This document shows, piece by piece, positions 50,900-59,908 of a stretch of DNA of 64,000 nt (within the stretch, counting starts at the first letter, position 1; the number at the start of each line of letters is the position of its first letter). A model generated the notes under the pieces. It worked only from the letters and a program-made list of their open reading frames with translations. It was not told the origin of the DNA and did not search any database. The position numbers were made by a program, and so were the translations under genes. The DNA comes from an uncultured Gemmatimonadales bacterium (GTDB taxonomy: Bacteria; Gemmatimonadota; Gemmatimonadetes; Gemmatimonadales; Gemmatimonadaceae), in NCBI GenBank assembly GCA_963707505.1, contig CAVPQB010000006.1, forward strand, positions 512,001-576,000, written 5' to 3'.

Positions 50900-53010
50900 T
50901 CAGATCCCGACTTTCAGCGTGACGAACACATTGCGTGGCGGAAGCACGAAGTAGTACGACACGCCATCGCTCGCGTAGCCACTTCCGTATTTCTTGCTGT
51001 TCGTGAGGTTGTTACCGCGCACGAGCAGCTCCGCCTCACCGATTCGCCAGCCGATCGACGCATCCAGGTCAGCAGACTCTGGCAGGACATATCTGCGATC
51101 GCTCGTGTTCTCCAGGAACGATACGCTCTGGTATCGCCCCTGCACGGCGAGATCTATCGATGGCGTGAGCGCGAACTGCGCGCGCGCGAAGGTCAGAAAG
51201 CGCGGCGTGAGCAGCGGCTCGACGTTGTGGTACGTCACCGGCGCGTCGCCGGTCGAATCGGTGTATTCGCGGATCCGGTTCATGCTCGCGGTCGCGTTTG
51301 CCGGTGAGCATCCAGCGCGGGATTCCGCGATACGTGACGTCGGCCTCGATGCCGCGGCGGTAGCTCGACGCGACGTTCTTGCGCAGCGGGCTGCCGATGT
51401 AGCTGAGCGCGCCGATCGGCGCGATCTCGTTGCGGAAGTCCATCGAGTAGAGATTGGCCTGCACGTCGAGCGTCGCGCCGCGGTAGTTCGTGCCGATCTC
51501 GAGGTCGTGCACCGTCTCCGGTTTCACGCGACTCAGGCCGCCGACGAACGCGACGTTCGACGTGTCGAGATTGTCGAAGCCGGCGAACATGTCGTTGCGC
51601 GCCGGCTCGCGCGTGTTCTTGCCGTACGACGCGTATACCGACAGCGGGCGCGTGAGCTGATACGTGACACCCACTTTCGGATTCAGGAACGACCACGAGA
51701 TCGAGCTGCTCGGCGATGTCGGCGTGCACGTCCGGGCGTGTAGCGGAACTCGGCGTGCCGCGCCTGCAGGTCGCCGAACAGCGTTGCGCGCCCGCCGTGT
51801 AGCCGAGCTTGGCGAAACCGCTCACGTCCTGCTTGTGCCCTGTGTTGAAGTACAGCGGATTGTCGAGATCCGGATGCTGAACGCGGAGTGGTCGCGCGCG
51901 TAGCGTGTTCGCGTTCACGCCGACGTCGAGCCTGAAGCCCGTCGCGATGATAGCTCCAGTCGCTCGTCACGCCGTACCAGACGAAGTCGAGGTTGAAGTT
52001 TCGAGCGAGTCGAGCAGCACGTCGTAGTCGCCGCTCGCCGAGATGCGGTACGCGTCGTCGAGAACGACGACGATGGAGCCGAGCAGACGCGTGTACGACA
52101 GCGCCGCGAAGCGTTCGCCGAATCCGTCGCGCTCCTGCGGCGTGAGCGGATTGATGCGCCGATTGGTGTCGAGGTCCGGCTACTGGAACGGCGAGATACG
52201 CCATCGTGTCGCGCATCGTGCCGGTCGTCGCCGTGAACTTCACGATGTCGCGGTCGCCGAAATAGCCGCCGCTCAGAAAGCCGATGCGCCCTTCGACGCC
52301 GGAGTGATAGCGGTATCCGTCCGTCTGCAGACTCCGAGACGCGTCCGTAGAACGCGAGACGGTTCGGCAGCAGTCCGGTGTTGATACTCGCGCTCGCGCG
52401 CCGCGAGCCGAACGAGCCGCCCTCGAGCTGGAGTCTGCCGGCCGCGCGGCGCAGCGGCGAGCGGCATCGTCTCCATGTTGATCGAGCCGGCGTACGCCGC
52501 GGTGCCGTTGCTGCTCGTGCCGACGCCGCGCTGCACCTGCACGGACTGCAGGCTGTTCGCGAGATCCGGAAAGTCGGCGAAGTAGAGCACCTGATCTTCC
52601 GGATCGTTCAGCGGAATGCCGTCGAGCGTGAGGTTGATGCGCGACTGATCGATGCCGCGCAGCCGGATGTAGCTGTAGCCCCAGTAGTTGCCGGTTTCGG
52701 CGTACGACGTGAGCGACGGCGCCGCGCCCTGCAGCAGCGAGCGGCACGTCCTGCCCGAAGTAGCGCGGCTGCGATGTCGGCTGCGCGAAGCGTCTTCTGC
52801 GAGATCGGCGCGGCGCCGGAGCCGCGGACCGCCGAGATCATCACGCGCTCGAGCGTTGCGCGCGGCCGAATCGGCGCGCGGAAGTCGTGTCTCGGCTGCG
52901 TTCTGCGCTGCGAGCGATGCAGTGGCTGCGAGCGTGAGCAAGATGACGTCGCGCAGTGCGAACGCTCGGACGCGGCGCTGTAGCGCGCGGGGTATAGCAA
53001 CTCCACTCAT
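50900..53010 (-). CDS. TonB-dependent receptor, probably for thiamine (heavily frameshifted)
   Basis: GYSYIRLRGIDQSRINLTLDGIPLNDPED, QVQRGVGTSSNG, REPARND, KPETVHDLE, PRNVFVTLKVGI; TPP riboswitch upstream. Confidence 0.85.
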
Positions 53011-53015
53011 TTCAC

Positions 53016-53098
53016 TGACTCCCTACGCCGGTACGAACCGGATCAGGTTCTACGGGACTCTCTCAGCCTGCGCCCTTCGTGGGCAGGCACCCCGGTCA
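53016..53098 (-). ncRNA. TPP riboswitch
   Basis: Minus strand reads TGACCGGGGTGCC..GGCTGAGAGAGTCCCGTAGAACCTGATCCGGTTCGTACCGGCGTAGGGAGTCA, with the CTGAGA and ACCTGAT..GCGTAGGGA cores. Confidence 0.95.
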
Positions 53099-53148
53099 AT
53101 GGATCAATTTACAAAGTGATGCGTGATGGCGCCACGTTCATGCGCGGA

Positions 53149-55038
53149 TCACTTGGGGGCTGTTTCGACTTCCTCGTCGAGGGGAGAGCAGAGCCACGCA
53201 TACAGTCCGACCGTGAAGATTGCGCCGCCCAGCAGCATGAGCCACAGCTGCTCGTGCCAGATGAGGCCGATGAATGCGATGGTAATTCCGGCAGCGGTAA
53301 TCAACGGCTTGACTGTTCCCGCTGGCACGTCGATCCCGAGCTCCGCCGCTGTCGATTCAGTCTCGCGCTGGTACAGCGCGGAGTCGTCGGCGATCGGGCG
53401 GCCATTATTGTCCCACAATGGATATCGTGACTCTATGGTCGGCACCACCGCGTAGTTATAGACCGGCGGCGGCGATAGTGTGGACCACTCGATCGTCGGT
53501 GCGTCCCATGGATTGTTGCCTGCGATCGCACCATGCCGGCGGCTTCGCAGAACGTTGATCACAAAAATCAGCGTCGCTACGGCGATGATGTACGCGCCGA
53601 TGGTCGATAGCTGGTTGTCCAGAGTGATACCCTGTGCGGCATCGTACGTATACACTCGTCTCGGCATTCCATTCAGACCGGCGAAGTGCATGGGGAAGAA
53701 GGCGAGGTTCGCGCCGATCAGCGTCAACCAGAAATGCCATTTGCCGAGTGATTCATCGAGCAGATGGCCGGTCACCTTGGGGAAGTAGTAGTAGAAGCCG
53801 GCAAACAATCCCATCATTGTTCCGCCAAACAGCACATAGTGAATGTGCGCGACGACGAAATACGTGTCCGTCTGCTGCAGGTCGGTAGGCGCTGATGCGT
53901 GCATGACACCGGAAATTCCACCGATGGTGAACATGCCGACCAGCCCCAGCGCGAAGAGACAGGCGGTAGCGAAACGGATCGAACCTCCCCACACGGTCGC
54001 AAGCCAGTTGAAAATCTTGATCCCTGTCGGGATCGCGATGAGCATCGACGTAACGCTGAAAGTAGCGTCGGCGACCGGCCCCATGCCCACGGCGAACATG
54101 TGGTGAGCCCAGACACCGAATGCGAGAAATCCAATCAGTATCAGCGAATACACCATTGCCGGATATCCAAACAACGGCTTGCGCGCGAAGGTTGGCAACA
54201 CTTCGGAAACCAGACCGAACGCCGGGAGAATCAGGATGTACACTTCCGGATGACCGAACAGCCAGAACAGGTGCTGCCACAACAACGGATCGCCACCGGC
54301 CGCAGGTTCGTAAAACTGCGTGCCGAAGAATCGGTCGAACAACAGAAATGTCAGCGCGATCGTCAGGACCGGGAACGAAACCAGGATCAGGAACTGAGTG
54401 ACGAATGCCGACCATGTGAATACCGGCATCCGCATCATGCGCATGCCAGGCGCGCGCAGGTTGATGATGGTCGTGATGAAGTTGAACGACGAGGCGAGCG
54501 TGGACAGTCCCAGGATCTGCAATCCGATCACATAGAAGTCCATGTTGAGACCGGGATTGTACAACCGCGTGCTCAACGGCGCATATCCGAACCATCCACC
54601 GTTCGGTGCCGCGTTCCACAGCCAGCTCGCGTTGATGAAGAGTCCACCGAGCAGATAGACCCAGTAGCTGAACGCGTTGAGTCGGGGGAAGGCGACGTCG
54701 CGCGCGCCGATCTGGAGAGGGACGAGGATGTTGAAGAAGGCCGCGCTCAACGGCATCAGAGCCATGAATATCATGGTCGTGCCGTGCATCGTGAATATCT
54801 GATTGTACAGCTCGGCGGACACCAGTCGGCCGTTTGGCCCAAAGAGCTGAGCGCGAATTACCAGCGCTTCGATCCCACCGAGCAGGAAGAATGTGAGCGA
54901 AGTGTAGAGGTAAAGCTGGCCAATTCGCTTGTGGTCGGTAGTGGAGATCCAGCTCCAGATACCACTTCTTCCTTTCCTTGCTTCCTGCGGCGCACCTTCC
55001 ACGGACGTCCGTGGAGGAGCGATCACCGTCGTTGCCAT
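53149..55038 (-). CDS. ctaD: Cytochrome c oxidase subunit I, A1 type
   Basis: TDHKRIG, TMHGTTM, DVAFPRLN, WLFGHPEVY, WAHHMF, PTGIK, VAHIHY, GMPRR. Confidence 0.95.
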   Translation of the reverse strand: MATTVIAPPRTSVEGAPQEARKGRSGIWSWISTTDHKRIGQLYLYTSLTFFLLGGIEALVIRAQLFGPNGRLVSAELYNQIFTMHGTTMIFMALMPLSAAFFNILVPLQIGARDVAFPRLNAFSYWVYLLGGLFINASWLWNAAPNGGWFGYAPLSTRLYNPGLNMDFYVIGLQILGLSTLASSFNFITTIINLRAPGMRMMRMPVFTWSAFVTQFLILVSFPVLTIALTFLLFDRFFGTQFYEPAAGGDPLLWQHLFWLFGHPEVYILILPAFGLVSEVLPTFARKPLFGYPAMVYSLILIGFLAFGVWAHHMFAVGMGPVADATFSVTSMLIAIPTGIKIFNWLATVWGGSIRFATACLFALGLVGMFTIGGISGVMHASAPTDLQQTDTYFVVAHIHYVLFGGTMMGLFAGFYYYFPKVTGHLLDESLGKWHFWLTLIGANLAFFPMHFAGLNGMPRRVYTYDAAQGITLDNQLSTIGAYIIAVATLIFVINVLRSRRHGAIAGNNPWDAPTIEWSTLSPPPVYNYAVVPTIESRYPLWDNNGRPIADDSALYQRETESTAAELGIDVPAGTVKPLITAAGITIAFIGLIWHEQLWLMLLGGAIFTVGLYAWLCSPLDEEVETAPK

Positions 55039-55114
55039 GCGTCCATCCCGTGTGCGAAATGGGCAGAGCTCGAAGTGGCGATGCACGGACCATTTCGACA
55101 GTGCCTTCCGACCC

Positions 55115-55156
55115 AGTCTATGGCGATGAACGGTTGGCTGGAGTGACTTATGTCAC
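55115..55156 (-). promoter_or_regulatory. Crp-type box at about -41.5 of the ctaD promoter
   Basis: GTGACTTATGTCAC (55143-55156); TAGACT on the minus strand at 55120-55115. Confidence 0.7.
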
Positions 55157-55169
55157 GTTTGCAGAGCGT

Positions 55170-55892
55170 TTATCTCCCCTGAGCGCGTGCTCGCAGCTTG
55201 GCAACATCAGGAATCCGCATGCGCCCGCGCGGGAGTGATTCCACAAGGCCCGTGCGCTTGAGCTGTCGCATCGCCCGTGAAACGGATTCTCTGGCGCTGC
55301 CTATCTCCATCGATAGCTCTTCCTGTGTACGGTCGAGCTTGATCTCGATGCCGAACTGGGTGTTGGTTCCCGATCTTTCCGCGTATCCCACGAGCAGCAT
55401 TGCCAGCCGCGCAGCGACATCGTGGAACGCGAGAGTCTCCGTCACGTGAACGAGATGGCGGAGGCGCTTGCCGAGTGCACGAATTATGGCGTGGGCGATG
55501 TCCGGATGCTCGCGGTACATCGTCTCGAAGTCATCGCGCGCGAGAAACATCAGGCGTGACGGTTCCACTGTGATTGCGGACGCCGGATACGAGCCGCCGT
55601 CAAACAGCGGCAACTCGGCGACCGGGCGCCCGGGACCTTCGATGTGCAATACCTGCTCCTTGCCGTCAGGACTCGTACGATAGATGCGAACTCGTCCGGA
55701 CTGGATCACGTAGAGGCCACGGCACGCGTCGCCAGCGGCAAACAACACCCGTCCGGCGCCGAAGTCGCGCGCAACACACCGGGCCGCGAGCTGGTGAATC
55801 GCCGTGTCTTCCAGCTCCGAGAAGATCGCCATCTGCCTGAGCAGTTCGGCAATCCCGGCTGACGAATCTTCAGTCGATCTTTCCCGTATCAT
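55170..55892 (-). CDS. Crp/Fnr-family transcriptional regulator (no FNR Cys cluster)
   Basis: LYVIQSGRVRI, ELPLFDG..YPASA, TQEELS..GSARESVSR HTH. Confidence 0.92.
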   Translation of the reverse strand: MIRERSTEDSSAGIAELLRQMAIFSELEDTAIHQLAARCVARDFGAGRVLFAAGDACRGLYVIQSGRVRIYRTSPDGKEQVLHIEGPGRPVAELPLFDGGSYPASAITVEPSRLMFLARDDFETMYREHPDIAHAIIRALGKRLRHLVHVTETLAFHDVAARLAMLLVGYAERSGTNTQFGIEIKLDRTQEELSMEIGSARESVSRAMRQLKRTGLVESLPRGRMRIPDVAKLRARAQGR

Positions 55893-56668
55893 GGAGAGCC
55901 GATCCGGAGCGGCGACCACGAGGGGGGATCGCTGGCCGGAAAGCTGTCGACAGTACTGTCGCGGAATATCTCACGGTTGTCGCGCGCGCGACGTTGCTCG
56001 ATCGCGCTGTCGAACAGCGCACGCGTGGAGTCCACGCAGCTCTCGCCGACACATGTGAGCGGCGGTACGGAGACGATCCTGCGATTCCGGATCTTCGCCA
56101 TCGCGATCGGCGTACGCATACGCGTGCCGTCAGCCAGCATCATGGTCGGCGTTCCACGGACGTGATATTGCTCACGACCGATCCTGCCTTCCTCCTCGAT
56201 GGCGGCACGCGCGGCCGGACTCGCGAAGTCGCGCTCGAATCGTGCGAAGTCAAGGTCGGTTGAGCGTGCGATCTCCAGCAACACGCTGCGATCTCCGATG
56301 TTGCGGCTCTCGCCAAAGAACGCGCGTCGCACTGCGAGATCGAGCTCCATGGCGATATTCATTCCTTGCTGCCGTGCCGCCCATACTGCTTCGAATGCCG
56401 GAAGCGTGGTAGTTGGCCAGTCGGCCGCGGTGTACGGGACGAACGATGCGTCTGGCTCCTGAATCGCTGCGAGCCACCATTCCTGCTCCAGTACATCACG
56501 TGGCGGCGCCTCTCCATTGAGAAGCTCCAGCGGGAAGAAACGCGTGTATGCCAGCACGCGGCCGGCGTATTCGGGCTGAACACGATGCACGCGGACAGCC
56601 ATCACGTAGCACCAGGGACAATAATATTCGGCCCATTCCCACAATTCCGCGATCGATCGATCACTCAT
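55889..56668 (-). CDS. DsbA/FrnE-family thioredoxin-fold protein
   Basis: YCPWCY, VRRAFF, VRGTPT; ATGA overlap with the Crp gene. Confidence 0.8.
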   Translation of the reverse strand: MSDRSIAELWEWAEYYCPWCYVMAVRVHRVQPEYAGRVLAYTRFFPLELLNGEAPPRDVLEQEWWLAAIQEPDASFVPYTAADWPTTTLPAFEAVWAARQQGMNIAMELDLAVRRAFFGESRNIGDRSVLLEIARSTDLDFARFERDFASPAARAAIEEEGRIGREQYHVRGTPTMMLADGTRMRTPIAMAKIRNRRIVSVPPLTCVGESCVDSTRALFDSAIEQRRARDNREIFRDSTVDSFPASDPPSWSPLRIGSP

Positions 56669-56732
56669 TGTTAGCGACCTCCCGTCACTGCGCGAGCAAG
56701 AATGTACTCGCTCGCCTCCGCATCTGCGTGAC

Positions 56733-56748
56733 TGTGACAATCGTCACG
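56733..56748. promoter_or_regulatory. Crp-type palindrome in the divergent dsbA-crp / DUF59 region
   Basis: TGTGACAATCGTCACG. Confidence 0.65.
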
Positions 56749-56786
56749 TTCACAGACTTGGCTGAGTACGATTATTCAATCTATCG

Positions 56787-57098
56787 ATGGAAACACACGA
56801 CACAAATGCGGCGGACATCTGGAACGCGCTACGTACCGTCATCGACCCTGAAATTGGCCTCGATATCGTTACGCTGGGTCTCGTATATGATGTCACCTTC
56901 GGTTCCGATTCTGCGGTACCTGGCGAGAGCGTCCGTGTCACGCATACACTCACAACGCCCGGATGTCCGATGGAGCGTGTGATAACGTCCGGCATTCGCG
57001 CGGCTGTGGGTCGTGTCCCCGGCGTCGTGACAGTGGAAACGAACCTTGTGTGGGATCCCATGTGGCACTCCGGGATGATCGCACCGGGCGCATGGTGA
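56787..57098 (+). CDS. DUF59/SufT-like metal-sulfur cluster assembly factor
   Basis: [32 protein letters not shown]. Confidence 0.9.
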   Translation: METHDTNAADIWNALRTVIDPEIGLDIVTLGLVYDVTFGSDSAVPGESVRVTHTLTTPGCPMERVITSGIRAAVGRVPGVVTVETNLVWDPMWHSGMIAPGAW

Positions 57099-57104
57099 TC
57101 CTTA

Positions 57105-57335
57105 TTACTTAGTCTCGCGTGGGTCGCAGCACTTCACGCATTCGAGCGTCTTGCCAAGAAAGGTCGCGCGACCCGATTCAGTCGTCACCCAGGTTCTGAC
57201 CTGCCACGGCGGGTCGTGCCGTACGTGTTGCGTGTGTCCGCACTCGAGATCGGCGACCCAGTGGTTCTCTTCATCCTGATGGAATCCGATTATCCGTCTT
57301 GGAATCGCCGACCCAGCGCATGCATCCCGCTGCAT
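57105..57335 (-). CDS. DUF3565-family protein
   Basis: IIGFHQDEENHWVADLECGHTQHVRHDPPW..LECVKC. Confidence 0.8.
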   Translation of the reverse strand: MQRDACAGSAIPRRIIGFHQDEENHWVADLECGHTQHVRHDPPWQVRTWVTTESGRATFLGKTLECVKCCDPRETK

Positions 57336-57366
57336 TACAAACTCCTTCGATGTCCGTCGATGTCGC

Positions 57367-58386
57367 CTAGTGCGACATTGTGGTGAACTGCTTTGGTGTT
57401 CCAACCTGCACCATCCCGACCGCGCCCTTCTCGGCGTCGGCGAATGAGTGGGTCACGAAGGGATACAGGCCTTCGCCACTCGCGTCCTTGTTGAATACCG
57501 CCTCGAACACGACTCCGCCACCAGCTGGCACCGGATAGGTCTGAACACCTTCCAGAGCATGACTCGGATTTCCGTCAGGATAGACACGATCGAATATCGC
57601 GCCGACGAGATGGAAGTCACTGTCGAAGTTCGGTCCGGCGTTCACTACATAGAAACGTACTCTGTCGCCAACCGCAACCTTGAGCGGGTGTTCCTTGTAC
57701 TGGCCCGCGCGACCGTTGAAGACAACGTAACTGGCCTGCTTTGCGCGCTCGGCGTCCCAGTCAGCCTGTACCACGCTGCTGTCGGCAGTCGGCTTGGTGT
57801 AGAACTCGCTCTGCACGATGACGAATTCCTTGTCGGCCTTTGTGCCCCAGCCATCGCGCGGATCCACGATGATCGGGAGATACATCCCCTGCATGATGTG
57901 CATGGTGACCGGCGGAGTTCCGCAGTGGACCATGAACGCGCCTGCATCGCGTGCGATGAACTCGAATGCTACCGAATCCCTGGGAAGTATCATCCGATAC
58001 GCGACGTTCGCCGCGATCTGCGCGGCGTGAAAGTCGATCGAGTGCGGCATGTTGGATTCGTTGACGACGTTCACACGAACCCGATCACCCTGCCGCACGT
58101 GTATTACCGGACCAGGCACTGTGCCGCCGAATGTCCATCCATCGTACTTCACGCCGTCCGCGATCTCTATCACGGCATTCTTGATCGGGATGCGGTATTC
58201 CTTGATGCCAGCGTCGGACGCGTCGGTCAGACGCGCGTCGTACACTGGTGTCGTGGCAGTTACGACCTTGTCGAAATCAATATGTTGCACCTTGTTCGCG
58301 CGGATCGCGTTGTCGGTGAACCCCAGTACACCAGCTGTGAGGACACCTGTTACGGCCAGCGCTGCAAGAATCTGTGTACGTGTCAT
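57367..58386 (-). CDS. nirK: Copper-containing nitrite reductase (NirK/AniA-like)
   Basis: PHSIDFH, VHC..MHIMQGM, FHLVG and VTHSF supply the type-1 and type-2 Cu ligands plus the catalytic Asp and His. Confidence 0.78.
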   Translation of the reverse strand: MTRTQILAALAVTGVLTAGVLGFTDNAIRANKVQHIDFDKVVTATTPVYDARLTDASDAGIKEYRIPIKNAVIEIADGVKYDGWTFGGTVPGPVIHVRQGDRVRVNVVNESNMPHSIDFHAAQIAANVAYRMILPRDSVAFEFIARDAGAFMVHCGTPPVTMHIMQGMYLPIIVDPRDGWGTKADKEFVIVQSEFYTKPTADSSVVQADWDAERAKQASYVVFNGRAGQYKEHPLKVAVGDRVRFYVVNAGPNFDSDFHLVGAIFDRVYPDGNPSHALEGVQTYPVPAGGGVVFEAVFNKDASGEGLYPFVTHSFADAEKGAVGMVQVGTPKQFTTMSH

Positions 58387-58452
58387 GATCTTCTCCGGAT
58401 GATGCGAGATGTTTTGTTTCTCGCGTGCGGTTGTTCCGCATGTTGCATCGGG

Positions 58453-58624
58453 AAGCTAGGAGGAATATGGCATCCGATCTGTCGGGCGAAGCTGGAAATT
58501 CGCTGCGGGAATCGCCCCCCTACGGGTAAAGGAAAACCCTACCCGGAGTGGCTCGTGTAAGGGATTCCCGTACATATTTCGTTGTGGCTCCCCGACTTTG
58601 GAGAGCCTTCGTCAGGGGTAGCTT
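58453..58624. promoter_or_regulatory. Divergent nirK / two-component promoter with multiple boxes
   Basis: 58482-58496 TCGGGCGAAGCTGGA, 58527-58541 TAAAGGAAAACCCTA, 58558-58572 TAAGGGATTCCCGTA, 58580-58594; -10 TAGCTT (minus, 58458-58453) and TAGCTT (plus, 58619-58624). Confidence 0.7.
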
Positions 58625-58630
58625 TGATTC

Positions 58631-59908
58631 ATGAGTGCGGCCGCCAAGCAGACTGTGTCTCAGCCAGATCAGGGAGAGCACCCGGAGGGAGAGATCCGTC
58701 CGGCGCCACACGGCGCGCTGCTGACGAGGCTGGAGCGCGCCGACCAGTCAATGCGAGGATTCCAGGATCGCGACACGGCCTTCGAAGCCGGCCTGACGGC
58801 GCGTCAGGCGGGCCTGCAGGGGGTCCGCAGCGTTCCTCGCTGGATCGAGCGCTTGCTGCGCATTCCATTGCCAGTCAAGCTGGTCGGCGCAAACGTCCTT
58901 CTGCTCATCGTCGCCGCAGTTACCGCGCTCGTGGTACGTCATCGCGAGCTGAGCACCGGTCCGGTCCTCACGGTCGTGATCGTCGCATATCTCGTCGCAC
59001 TGCTGCTGAACACGGGCCTGGTGATGCTCGCGGTTCGACCGCTTCGGGTCCTCGAGAAGACCGTCGACACGATATGGCAGGGCGATCTCGACGCACGGGT
59101 CCCAACTTCACTGCTCGCCGACAGGCACGTCACGCGTGTTGCGCGCATGTTCAACATTCTGCTCGACGGCCTCGTGGCTGATCGCGCGCGCACGCGCCGC
59201 CTCGCTGCGGAGATCATCGACGCCGGCGACAGGGAGCGCGCCGCAATATCACGCGAGCTGCACGATTCCGCCGCTCAGTCTCTCGCAGCGCTGGCGATGC
59301 AGCTCGGCGTGGCGATTCGAAGCATCGACGACGCACCGCCCGCCATGCTTCGCGAGCGGATCGAAGGCGCCCGGACGCTTGCAAACGGCACCCTGGAAGA
59401 AATACGGATGCTGGCGCATACGATGCACCCGCGCGTGCTCGACGATCTGGGCCTCATCGCAGCGCTCAAGCGCCTCGCGCGCGAGACGACGGATCATTCC
59501 GCCCGCTACGCAACAGCTGCGAAGGACGGCGCCATCGTCGTCGAAGTACTGGCGATGGAAGGCAGCGACGAGGCGCTATCGGCACCTGTCAAGTCGGTGT
59601 TGTACCGTGTTGCGCAGGAAGCGGTGCAGAACGCGCGCCGGCACGCGGCGCCCAGACACATCGAGATCCGTCTCGAGGCCGACGCGAAGTCCGTGACTCT
59701 GGAGATCGCAGACGACGGCCGCGGCTTCGATCTCGCCGCTAAACAGCGCGAACAGACGGGCATTGGACTGTTCACGATGCGGGAGCGCGTCGCCCTCGTC
59801 GACGGTGAGTTGCGTGTCACCACAAGACCGGGCGGCGGCACGTCCGTAGTTGCGTCCATGCCCCTGCACGATTCATCTTCAGCACATCCACGCGGAGCAA
59901 GTACATGA
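58631..59908 (+). CDS. NarX/NreB-class (HisKA_3) sensor kinase with 2 TM and HAMP
   Basis: ERAAISRELHDSAAQSL, LDDLGL, YRVAQEAVQNARRHA, DDGRGF, GLFTMRER. Confidence 0.92.
   Translation: MSAAAKQTVSQPDQGEHPEGEIRPAPHGALLTRLERADQSMRGFQDRDTAFEAGLTARQAGLQGVRSVPRWIERLLRIPLPVKLVGANVLLLIVAAVTALVVRHRELSTGPVLTVVIVAYLVALLLNTGLVMLAVRPLRVLEKTVDTIWQGDLDARVPTSLLADRHVTRVARMFNILLDGLVADRARTRRLAAEIIDAGDRERAAISRELHDSAAQSLAALAMQLGVAIRSIDDAPPAMLRERIEGARTLANGTLEEIRMLAHTMHPRVLDDLGLIAALKRLARETTDHSARYATAAKDGAIVVEVLAMEGSDEALSAPVKSVLYRVAQEAVQNARRHAAPRHIEIRLEADAKSVTLEIADDGRGFDLAAKQREQTGIGLFTMRERVALVDGELRVTTRPGGGTSVVASMPLHDSSSAHPRGAST

Noticed and set aside
53149..55038. Subunit I as an NO reductase
   Set aside because: Has GHPEVY with the cross-link Tyr and both proton channels, so it is an A1 O2 reductase.
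53753..55146. Long alternative-frame ORFs (446 aa minus, 415 aa plus); likewise 12703-13824, 47177-48403, 57448-58560
   Set aside because: Shadow ORFs of well-supported genes in GC-rich DNA, with no recognisable motifs.
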